Under the pieces are notes generated by a model. It was not told the origin of the DNA. It saw only the letters and a program-made list of their open reading frames with translations, and ran no database searches. Positions 1-7,816 of a stretch of DNA of 64,000 bases are shown here, piece after piece. The number at the start of each line of letters is the position of its first letter. Position 1 is the stretch's first letter. This stretch comes from Candidatus Latescibacterota bacterium (GTDB lineage: Bacteria; Latescibacterota; UBA2968; GCA-2709665), in assembly GCA_965219995.1 (NCBI GenBank), contig CBDCOX010000002.1:960001-1024000 (forward strand), given 5' to 3'. A program made the position numbers and the translations under genes.

Positions 1-638
1 AGCACCTCTTTGAGGTCGCGGTCCCAGACAAAGGTCAGCGCCTGGCCCAGGCGCCAGAATCCGGCGCTGCTGTAGTGTTCTCTCGTGCCAGGCTTCACGT
101 GCGAATAGAGGTCATAGAACGGATCGCCGGTCCAGGTTGCCCACTCGGGGAGCCCTTTGCGTCCCTTAGCCCATGCGCTTCCCAATTCCATGGGAAACCC
201 GCCCTGGTGCGCGCTGCGGTCCTTCGGGCCGATGAGGTGGCGCCAGGTGAGCGTCCGGTGGTGTCCGCGGTTCAGGGTTTTGTGTGGATGCGATAGCTCC
301 CCCTCCCCCGTCCAGGTCCTGTGGATCGGTTCGTCGGGATCCAGTATCCCGTCTTCCGTGGCAAACCCGATCAGCACCCACATAAACGCCTTGCCCATCG
401 ATGCCGTCTGGAACCGGTAATGCCGGTCGCCCCAGGCATGCACGAGGTAGCCTCCGCGCGTGAGGACCGTGCCCCATTGGTTCCCGGTATGGTCCTCACC
501 GCCGAACCACGCGCCCTTGATGTCAAGTCCCGACAGGAAGCGATCGAACGCTTCGATGTCCAATCCGGCTTCAGCGGGCGTGATCTTGACCCAGTCATCG
601 CCAGGATAGGTTACCCACTCCGGGATTTCATTTTCCAC
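1..638 (-). CDS. Serine hydrolase, beta-lactamase class C/esterase family (3' end runs off window)
   Basis: Not in ORF track. Manual translation from GTG at 638 gives VENEIPEWVTYPGDDW...FQTASMGKAF...LTWRHL...HYSSAGFWRLG, with SxxK (SMGK) and a YxN-like YSS motif; GAAGGAAGG RBS-like sequence upstream. Confidence 0.75.
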   Translation of the reverse strand, partial: MENEIPEWVTYPGDDWVKITPAEAGLDIEAFDRFLSGLDIKGAWFGGEDHTGNQWGTVLTRGGYLVHAWGDRHYRFQTASMGKAFMWVLIGFATEDGILDPDEPIHRTWTGEGELSHPHKTLNRGHHRTLTWRHLIGPKDRSAHQGGFPMELGSAWAKGRKGLPEWATWTGDPFYDLYSHVKPGTREHYSSAGFWRLGQALTFVWDRDLKEV

Positions 639-832
639 GCCTTTGTCGCCTTCCTTCGAATTATATGGGGAGTTGTTCTTTCATTCGTAGTGAATCACAC
701 GAAATTCGACTTACATTTTTCGACATACCTCTCTACGGCCTAAACACCTGGAGGAACCCAGCACGTTGTTCAGCGACAACGTATTACAGGGAGCACTCAA
801 CAGTTTACACTATTACACACCATTGACCTGGC

Positions 833-915
833 ACCCTGAGTCGCTCCCTGAGCTTGTCGAAGGGTCGGCGAAGGGTCAAAAAGCCGCCTCAACACGGGCG
901 CTTCGACAAGCTCAG
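833..915. repeat. REP-like inverted repeat, family D (CTGAGCTTGTCGAAG), doubly nested
   Basis: Perfect 15-bp inverted repeat at 848-862 / 901-915; the left arm lies inside a second CCCTGAG...CGAAGGG copy. Confidence 0.8.
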
Positions 916-995
916 CGTCCACGGTCAGACAGGTCCCTTTCCAAGTTGGCAGGAGCATAAGACGTAACTAATTACAATTCCGGATATTATGTCGT

Positions 996-1616
996 TCACC
1001 CGCTCATATCGCCGTCGCCATTCGCATCGAGGATGGCCTTGCGCAAATCTCGATAGCCGACTGAAACCGCCCCTGCCTCGTTTAGACGCGAGAGCGTAAC
1101 TGTTTTCTGACTGTTAAACGCCGCGTCGATGATTCGCGTTGGCAGGACGAAAAACTCCCACTGCGTGAGTTCGAGAGGGTTGATTGTCCGTTTGTCCCGG
1201 TGAGCAAGGAGGCAGAATACGTACACGTCTGCGCTGCGAACGGGAATCGTGCCGTACTCCCCCGTCTCCGGATCCCAGGCTATTGTCTTTGCAATTCCGA
1301 ACGAAATCTGAGATGGCTGGGACTGACGCCACGACTGAATGTAAGCCGCTGATTTTACCTCGATTGAAATCCCTTTGGGCGTCCGGATATCTACGGTATC
1401 CCATTCGATCCTGACCGGTGCGCCTTCCCATGCCCCGACGGCCTGGCCGACGATGTATTCAGCGACCTTTCCACGAAGGGCGTTGTTCAAAATATCTGAT
1501 CCCACCCAGACCCAGAAGTCAAGTACAGCGAATGAGGTCGGCTTACCATCAACCGTAAAAACCGACTGCGGTCGAAGTGGCTGCGGACCATGCTCGACAG
1601 ACTGAAACTCGGTCAT
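996..1616 (-). CDS. Hypothetical protein with PD-(D/E)XK restriction-endonuclease-like motif
   Basis: 206-aa ORF; AEYIV...VDIRTPKGISIEVKSAAY fits E...D...(E)xK catalytic spacing. Confidence 0.65.
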   Translation of the reverse strand: MTEFQSVEHGPQPLRPQSVFTVDGKPTSFAVLDFWVWVGSDILNNALRGKVAEYIVGQAVGAWEGAPVRIEWDTVDIRTPKGISIEVKSAAYIQSWRQSQPSQISFGIAKTIAWDPETGEYGTIPVRSADVYVFCLLAHRDKRTINPLELTQWEFFVLPTRIIDAAFNSQKTVTLSRLNEAGAVSVGYRDLRKAILDANGDGDMSG

Positions 1617-1717
1617 TACTATCGATCCAGAGGTAATGGCATCAGAGGCCTACACCAGGCACCACGGTCACGAGTGGGAGTTGCGGAACAAGGCTGGACT
1701 CGATAAGACCCGTAGAT

Positions 1718-2191
1718 CTATTCCACAATCGTTCCATCTTCTTGTTTGAATTCTAAATCATCCAGAACAAGCACGTTCACGTCCTCGACGTTTTCAAGTG
1801 CTTTATCGTTGGTCAAGAACACCTGACACTTTGCAGTCTTCGCGACAGCAACTTGCAAAGCATCGGGGGTACGTAACCCATACCGTGCCCGGAGACCTGC
1901 GGCTTGCTCGGCAGTCTCTGCATCGACAGGCAGCGTATGGAAATTGGCACTGTGGAGTAACAGATCGCGATACTGTCTTTGCAGATGAATCTGCCCTTGT
2001 TTCAGTGGCTGAGTCAACACTTCCGTCAAGGTAATTGCCGAGGTAAACCCTGTACTGATCCCTTGATCGATTCGGCGAAAAATCTCCGTCACCAACTCAT
2101 CGTACTTGGGATGTGTTTCGATCAGATAGATGATAGGCGACGTGTCGAATCCCACCGACGTCACATCGGCGAATGCCTCATGCAATGTCAT
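1718..2191 (-). CDS. vapC: PIN-domain (VapC-like) toxin
   Basis: FDTSPIIY, TLTEVL, LRTPDALQVAVA and FLTND PIN motifs; starts just after the antitoxin stop. Confidence 0.9.
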   Translation of the reverse strand: MTLHEAFADVTSVGFDTSPIIYLIETHPKYDELVTEIFRRIDQGISTGFTSAITLTEVLTQPLKQGQIHLQRQYRDLLLHSANFHTLPVDAETAEQAAGLRARYGLRTPDALQVAVAKTAKCQVFLTNDKALENVEDVNVLVLDDLEFKQEDGTIVE

Positions 2192-2196
2192 CACGG

Positions 2197-2421
2197 TTAA
2201 CGCTCCCACTCTTTGCGAAGACGATCAACGTACTCTTGAGCATCAATTCCTTGCCAGATTTCCTTACCTAATCCACGCAATTCCAAAATGCTCCGGTTCT
2301 TGGGCTCCTGCTGGGCGACGAGAGCCAAATCATGAACCGCCATTTCCAACAGGCGAAGGCGCTCCGCTGTCGGCAACGGTTTTACGTATTTTTCGTAAAT
2401 GTCCACCAGTTGATCCGCCAT
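2197..2421 (-). CDS. Putative antitoxin of the adjacent PIN toxin
   Basis: 74-aa ORF ending SILELRGLGKEIWQGIDAQEYVDRLRKEW, directly upstream of the PIN gene; GGGAAAGGG RBS-like sequence. Confidence 0.75.
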   Translation of the reverse strand: MADQLVDIYEKYVKPLPTAERLRLLEMAVHDLALVAQQEPKNRSILELRGLGKEIWQGIDAQEYVDRLRKEWER

Positions 2422-2730
2422 ACCGTTCCCTTTCCCTTTGCGCGTTAAATGGTCACACTTGCTTGACAAAACCACGCCGGAACGCAGCCACGGCGTAAGT
2501 CTGATGTCCCCTAACTCCTGAATTTGCAGTTACGTCCAAGATTTATCGGACGTCGCCAACATACGTAGACACGCCCCCCGTTCCTTTGCCAATACGGGTA
2601 GATTTTGCCAGCGAGGAACTCAAGTCAGTCAACGCGTCGCGGAATCTGATAACCGCAGTAAACGTACCAATAACCGTGGCTTGACGCAACGTCGAGACGC
2701 GCGCTCCGGCCTGTCGCCCTTCGCGGCCAG

Positions 2731-3000
2731 TCAGGTATCTACCCGAGCACGAAGTGGGAATCGATCAGGATGGCGGATGGTTTCCAACCCAAGATCTATA
2801 TCCAAATCGGGCCAATAGAAGTGTCCGGGAGTCGGCTCCTTCACGTTCAGGATGCTTCCCACGGAAGCATCTTTAAACCACGGAAAATCCTCGTAGGAAA
2901 GGAAATTCTCCTCATTGCCGGCAAGCAATGAGACGCCGTGTGCGGATATGCCGCTGACCTCAACTCCCGAAGTGCCGATGCCATGCTGTTTGGAACTCAT
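2731..3000 (-). CDS. DUF2442 family protein
   Basis: TSGVEVSGISAHG...FLSYEDFPWF...HFYWPDLDIDLGLETIRHPDRFPL matches my recollection of DUF2442; start moved to MSSK. Confidence 0.75.
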   Translation of the reverse strand: MSSKQHGIGTSGVEVSGISAHGVSLLAGNEENFLSYEDFPWFKDASVGSILNVKEPTPGHFYWPDLDIDLGLETIRHPDRFPLRARVDT

Positions 3001-3223
3001 GCGTTTTTTCAAATACTGCCATATTTTCCATAGAATCTCGACAAATGTCACCGACCTTCCTCAGGACTCGACGGCTCGTCTCCTCTCATATAGACGATAA
3101 CGCGATTGGACAATTGTATTGCTCCAATCCTGAGACCGTTACCCAATTTGCAACCTCCCGAGTTGCCATCTCTCTTATGTCTCAACGCTGTTCCGATACC
3201 GATATCGATTTGCCGTTGTTCAG

Positions 3224-4120
3224 TCACGACTTTTTAAGCATCACATTCGCCTGTTCAAGCAGACGTTTGAGAGCCTTGCGCTGTGAGTCATTGATGTTCG
3301 GGTAAATATTCACTTGATACTCCCGATCACGTGAGCGATATCCCAGCCTGTCTATGCCCGCCTCATCGAACATTTCATCAATATCCGCATCCTGCGGATG
3401 TTTGATCATCATCCTTACATGCGCCTTGTGCGGCCTGAACCTGACGAAATTGAATGCACTTCCTGCAACTTCAAGCCCGATATAGTGTTTGGTGTAATTG
3501 AGGGTTGCGGCAGGCTCTACCTCACGCACGATTCCAAACAGATCGTCGGTAAGACTTAGCGTCTCCTTTGTGCCACGATCCGTTTCCCAAAATGACTGAT
3601 CTACACGTTCTGCCGAGGTCTCGTCATTGTCGACGGGTCCAAACGTGAGTTCGTCCAAAACCTTGACAAATGTCAACGCATAGTCGTCTCCGATACGGAA
3701 TGCGGTCATCTTGAGTGCGATTAGTGGTATTTGACCATAAAATAGCTGAACTACGTTGAGGAATCGTGATGTTATTTCCTCCGCAACGATTACTGCTGCG
3801 TGTTCGTACTGTGGATATCGTTTTCGCTCCAGATCCCAATATTCCACTGTGCGTATGATATGGCTTTCGTCCGTCTCTCCGAGCTGAATCTCAACTTCAT
3901 ATCGCTTATCTGATTTAGTGTCCCGCAATAGCAAGTCAAGTCGTCCGGCCTTGGGCTGGCGCCTTTCCCGATCAATCGCCACGAGTTCACCCAACCCCAG
4001 AATTGTGGGATCACTCGCGATCTGTTTCTGCACGTGTTTTTCCGAAAGTTGATCCAACCGTTTCAAATTAACTCTCTCGAGTCTAATAAACTTTGTGCTT
4101 TTTTCATTTTCAGATGACAT
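3224..4120 (-). CDS. NucS/EndoMS-like (PD-(D/E)XK fold) hypothetical nuclease
   Basis: GRLDLL...YEVEIQLGETDESHIIRTVEYW...AVIVAEEIT; AAGGAG RBS before ATG at 4120. Confidence 0.65.
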   Translation of the reverse strand: MSSENEKSTKFIRLERVNLKRLDQLSEKHVQKQIASDPTILGLGELVAIDRERRQPKAGRLDLLLRDTKSDKRYEVEIQLGETDESHIIRTVEYWDLERKRYPQYEHAAVIVAEEITSRFLNVVQLFYGQIPLIALKMTAFRIGDDYALTFVKVLDELTFGPVDNDETSAERVDQSFWETDRGTKETLSLTDDLFGIVREVEPAATLNYTKHYIGLEVAGSAFNFVRFRPHKAHVRMMIKHPQDADIDEMFDEAGIDRLGYRSRDREYQVNIYPNINDSQRKALKRLLEQANVMLKKS

Positions 4121-4298
4121 GCTACTCTCCTTTTGTCGATACCATTCGGATGTGATGAAAGTTTGGTCGTGCACTATGCCAGACAATAGAGAATCATCCG
4201 AGGTCGCTGTAGATGCCTCGTCAACATGACACCTGACGGATACATTTCTACAACGATCTGAGCTCGTGGATCGTTCTTCTGTCTCGTTCCCGATAGGC

Positions 4299-4344
4299 CG
4301 TTAGCAATGTGGGCAGACAGGCTTGTCTGCCCACATTGCTAACG
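4299..4344. repeat. Perfect 21-bp hairpin, REP-like family A (GGGCAGACA...TGTCTGCCC)
   Basis: CGTTAGCAATGTGGGCAGACA-GGCT-TGTCTGCCCACATTGCTAACG. Confidence 0.85.
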
Positions 4345-4376
4345 TCGGCTTCTTCATCGCCTCCACCCTGGCCTTT

Positions 4377-4401
4377 GTAGGGGCGTCCCTTGTGGGCGTC
4401 C
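4377..4401 (+). repeat. GTAG-type REP element (family B)
   Basis: GTAG followed by imperfect palindrome GGGCGTCC-CTTGT-GGGCGTCC. Confidence 0.65.
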
Positions 4402-4478
4402 GGCCTTCCGCGACGGACGTGCCGCCTTTCAGGTCTGGGACACGTACAAATCACGCTGGTGTGTACCTATGCCGCAGT

Positions 4479-4622
4479 AGATCCTTCGTCGGCCTGCCTG
4501 CCGATGATTCTCCAGCAGACAGGACGGCCTCCTCAGGATGACATGTCGGGCGAAGGCGTATTGGTTGTAATTCGAGGATGCTGATCGGCACACATGTCAT
4601 TCGGAGCTTAGCGAAGAATCTC
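4479..4622. repeat. Two TGTCAT(C/T)C..AG...GAAG(G/A)ATCT-type repeats (family C) in opposite orientation
   Basis: 4479-4543 on minus reads TGTCATCCTGAGGAGGCC...GGCCGACGAAGGATCT; 4595-4622 on plus reads TGTCATTCGGAGCTTAGCGAAGAATCTC. Confidence 0.7.
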
Positions 4623-4696
4623 CCGTCTACTCGATCGTCCTTAACACTGCAACGCGGGAAACTCCCTGGCGCGGAGACTTCATTGGCATTGCGAGG

Positions 4697-4723
4697 CGGG
4701 CAGACAGGAATGTCCGCCCCACC
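4697..4723 (-). repeat. REP-like family A copy
   Basis: Reverse complement GGTGGGGCGGACATTCCTGTCTGCCCG matches 39854-39880 at 25 of 27 positions. Confidence 0.8.
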
Positions 4724-4782
4724 CTCAAACCGGCGACCTAAGCATGGCAGTCCGGTTATCGGGAGAGGCCTTGTTCCACCAA

Positions 4783-4822
4783 CAAAAACGGCCATTCAAA
4801 CATGAACGTTAAATGGCCATTG
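4783..4822 (-). terminator. Rho-independent terminator after tRNA-Gly
   Basis: GGCCATT...AATGGCC stem followed by GTTTTT on the minus strand. Confidence 0.6.
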
Positions 4823-4847
4823 TCTGCGCAGCAAAAGTGGAATTTTA

Positions 4848-4923
4848 TGGAGCGGGAAACGGGACTCGAACCCGCGACTTCAAGCTTGGGAAGCTTGCGC
4901 TCTACCAGCTGAGCTATTCCCGC
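4848..4923 (-). tRNA. tRNA-Gly(CCC)
   Basis: Cloverleaf GCGGGAATAGCTCAG...CAAGC-TT-CCC-AA-GCTTG...GGTTCGAGTCCC...TCCA with encoded CCA. Confidence 0.97.
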
Positions 4924-4953
4924 CCCTGTTTCTGGTGAAATCTACCAACTCCC

Positions 4954-5895
4954 TCAGAGGGTGTCAAGAATTTTGAGAATGGCGTTGGGCGCGCCGGTTT
5001 CATTCGCGTCGATCCACGTCAGGCGGCGATCCCTTCCAAACCACGTGAGCTGTCGTTTGGCGTACCGCCTGGTACCCATCTTGATCTGCGCCGCGGTTTC
5101 AGCCAGTTCCAGTTTCCCTTCCAGATGATCGAAAACCTCTCGGTACCCGAATGTATTGAGTGCGTTGAGCTCCGGACCGTAGCCGCGGCGTTGCAGATCC
5201 CGGACTTCGTCGACGAGCCCGGAATCGAACATCGCGTCGACGCGTTCTTCGATCCTGCGGTACAGCAACGACCTGTCCATCCTCAGCCCGAACCGTGCTG
5301 CACGCCAGTTTCTCCCTGTTGGCGGCGACTGCTCGTGAAGCACCGAGAGCGGCGTTCCCGTAAGTTCGAAAACTTCAAGCGCGCGGACGATACGTTTGGT
5401 ATCGTTGGCGTGCAGGCGTTCGGCCGTTCGCGGGTCGACGCCGCGCAACCGGGCGTAGATTCCCGCCGGATCTTCGTTTGCGTCCGCCATCAGACGCCCC
5501 CTGACGGCTCGCGGGGTGCGCGGCAGCGGCGAAAAGCCGTCGAGGACCGCCTTCAGATAAAGCCCTGATCCCCCCACGAGTACAGGGACCCGACTTCGCT
5601 CCAGAATCGACTCGATTGCCTCGCAAGCGTCGCTGGCGTAATGCCCGGCGCTATACTCTTCGTCCGGATTCACCACGTCGATCATGTGGTGTTTCGCCAG
5701 GGCACGCTCTTCCACCGTGGGTTTGGCCGTTCCGATGTCCATATGCCGGTAGATCTGGCGTGCGTCCACGGAGACCACTTCCCCGCCGAGTGCCCTCGCC
5801 AGGGCAATGCCAACCCGGGTCTTGCCGGATGCGGTGGGGCCCACGAGCGCCAGTATTCGGCGCTGCCTATCTGCTGAATTGCCGGTCGATTTCAT
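4954..5895 (-). CDS. miaA: tRNA dimethylallyltransferase
   Basis: GPTASGKT, QIYRHMDIGTAKP, VGGSGLY, TRRYAKRQLTWF; downstream of mutL. Confidence 0.97.
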   Translation of the reverse strand: MKSTGNSADRQRRILALVGPTASGKTRVGIALARALGGEVVSVDARQIYRHMDIGTAKPTVEERALAKHHMIDVVNPDEEYSAGHYASDACEAIESILERSRVPVLVGGSGLYLKAVLDGFSPLPRTPRAVRGRLMADANEDPAGIYARLRGVDPRTAERLHANDTKRIVRALEVFELTGTPLSVLHEQSPPTGRNWRAARFGLRMDRSLLYRRIEERVDAMFDSGLVDEVRDLQRRGYGPELNALNTFGYREVFDHLEGKLELAETAAQIKMGTRRYAKRQLTWFGRDRRLTWIDANETGAPNAILKILDTL

Positions 5896-7699
5896 CGAGG
5901 GACATCTTCACCACGGTCGGTCTGCCGTTCGGGCAGACAAACGGTTCCCTGGTGGCGAACAGCCGGTCGATCAGTGCACGCATCTCCCTGGAAGAGAGCC
6001 GCTCTCCTGTTCGGATGGCCGTGTGCCGGGCGTAGGCGGCCGCCAATCGATGCTCGAGCGGCGACACAACATTCCGGCGCCCCGCGGCGACCGAAGACCG
6101 GGATTCCGCGTCGGTCAGATCGTCGACGATCTCCTGGAGAAGACGCCCGTCTTCCCATGCCTTGAGCTCCACGGGAATGGCATCCACAACCACGGTATTC
6201 CCGCCAAAATCCCGTACGCCGAAGCCCATGGCTTCAAGCAGCGGCATCGCCTCCCGCACAGCCTGAATCTGTGCCAGGCCGAAGTCAAGCGTGACCGGAA
6301 ACAGGAGCCGCTGGCCCAATCCCGCGTTTGCTTCGAAGGAACCGAGCGTCTGTTCGTAGATCATCCGCTGATGGGCCAGGTGCTGATCGACGATAATCAG
6401 GCCGTTCTTGATATGTGCAAGGATATATTTGTCGTGTACCTGCCAGACCGAGACCCGGCCTAAGGCTTCATCGTCCGTCAGATCCGCGCTGTGTTCTGCG
6501 GCCGCGGGTTTTTCGTGGTCCTCCTCCGTTTTCCTTACGGTCAGAGAAAGCGCCATCTGCACGTCTTCAAGACCCAGGGGGTCCGGAAGATAAGCGTCCC
6601 GCTCCACCGGCGCGTCCGCGACGGCTCCTGCCGGATCCGGCGCCGCGGAAGCAGAGCCGTTTGTCAGAACCGCGGGCGCAGCGAATCCGCTATCCACCTC
6701 CGGCACCAGGTCTTCCTCCCTCAATCCCGCGCGCACGACTTCCGAAACCGCTTCGTAAACCGTTGTCTCGTCTGCAAAACGCACTTCGCGCTTGGTGGGA
6801 TGGACATTGACGTCGAGACGGGAAGGATCCATCTCCAGGAGCAGTGCAAAGGCGGGATGGAAGCCCTTCACGAGCAATCCGCCAAAGCCATTGTGCACGG
6901 CGTGCGCCACCGCCCGGTCGCGAACCCAGCGCCCGTTGACGACCATTGCCTGCCGGGAGCCCGACTTCCGCGCCAGTTCCGGTCTCCCGGCAAACCCCCA
7001 AACCCGAATCCCATGCCGCTCACCGTCCAGGAAAACGGCGTCGCGGCCCATTTGAACCCCGAATACGGCCTCCAGTCGATGCTGGCTTTCGGCACGTTCC
7101 AGGTTCAGGATTTCACGCCCGTTGTGAGAGAGTATGAATGCAATGGACGGATACGCCAGGGCAAGACCCGTCAGAGCGTTCGCCACGTGCTTGAATTCGG
7201 TGTCAACGCCTTTCAGGAATTTCCGCCTTGCCGGTACATTGAAAAACAGGCCGTGAACAGCGACGGTTGTTCCCCGGTCACGGCCTGTGGATGCAACGTC
7301 GCGCACCCGTCCGCTTTCCACCCGCACAAGCGTCCCCTGCAACTCCTCTCCCTGCCGCGTCTCGATCGCCATTCGGGACACGGCCGCGATACTTGGCAGG
7401 GCCTCACCGCGAAACCCCAGCGTACGCAGCGTGCGCAAGTCGGAGAGATCCGAGATCTTGCTCGTCGCGTGCCGTTCCAGGGCCAGCAGCGCGTCGTCAG
7501 GCGACATCCCGCACCCGTTATCGCTGACACGTATGGACTCCTTGCCGCCGCCGGCCACTTCAACCACAACGCGGTCCGCGCCCGCGTCGATGGCGTTTTC
7601 CAGCAATTCCTTCACAACGGAGCCCGGTCGCTCCACGGCTTCACCCGCGGCGATCCGATTGGCGATTTCGTCCGATAGAACTCGAATCCGGTTGGGCAT
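5867..7699 (-). CDS. mutL: DNA mismatch repair protein MutL
   Basis: NRIAAGE, VVKELLENAIDAGA, GFRGEALPSI, DVNVHPTKREV; C-terminal DQHLAHQR and CPNGRP; start at MPNRI. Confidence 0.97.
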   Translation of the reverse strand: MPNRIRVLSDEIANRIAAGEAVERPGSVVKELLENAIDAGADRVVVEVAGGGKESIRVSDNGCGMSPDDALLALERHATSKISDLSDLRTLRTLGFRGEALPSIAAVSRMAIETRQGEELQGTLVRVESGRVRDVASTGRDRGTTVAVHGLFFNVPARRKFLKGVDTEFKHVANALTGLALAYPSIAFILSHNGREILNLERAESQHRLEAVFGVQMGRDAVFLDGERHGIRVWGFAGRPELARKSGSRQAMVVNGRWVRDRAVAHAVHNGFGGLLVKGFHPAFALLLEMDPSRLDVNVHPTKREVRFADETTVYEAVSEVVRAGLREEDLVPEVDSGFAAPAVLTNGSASAAPDPAGAVADAPVERDAYLPDPLGLEDVQMALSLTVRKTEEDHEKPAAAEHSADLTDDEALGRVSVWQVHDKYILAHIKNGLIIVDQHLAHQRMIYEQTLGSFEANAGLGQRLLFPVTLDFGLAQIQAVREAMPLLEAMGFGVRDFGGNTVVVDAIPVELKAWEDGRLLQEIVDDLTDAESRSSVAAGRRNVVSPLEHRLAAAYARHTAIRTGERLSSREMRALIDRLFATREPFVCPNGRPTVVKMSLDEIDRQFSR

Positions 7700-7816
7700 G
7701 CCGAGACGTCTGCCTATTTGTATTGCCGGCGAAGATAATGAAGCGGCTCGGTTCTGAACCGCCTGCGCCGTGCTCCGGGATCCCGGTAGACTGGAACGCA
7801 AATCCCCCGGCCATTC

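Noticed and set aside
2490-2730. Possible pseudogene or repeat relic between DUF2442 and the antitoxin
   Set aside because: Only a short TGTCCCCTAACTCC motif reminiscent of a repeat end; no second copy or translatable homology that I can support.
3045-3305. Plus-strand ORF starting MSPTFLR, resembling a DUF4160 N-terminus
   Set aside because: Wrong strand relative to DUF2442, and no HVHV motif follows.
4311-4332. AGACA...TGTCT in family-A repeats as extra LexA boxes
   Set aside because: Spacing is N4, not N6, and the arms are part of a longer GC-rich REP hairpin.
640-4923. Prophage or integrative element at tRNA-Gly
   Set aside because: No integrase, phage genes or duplicated tRNA 3' end found in the window.
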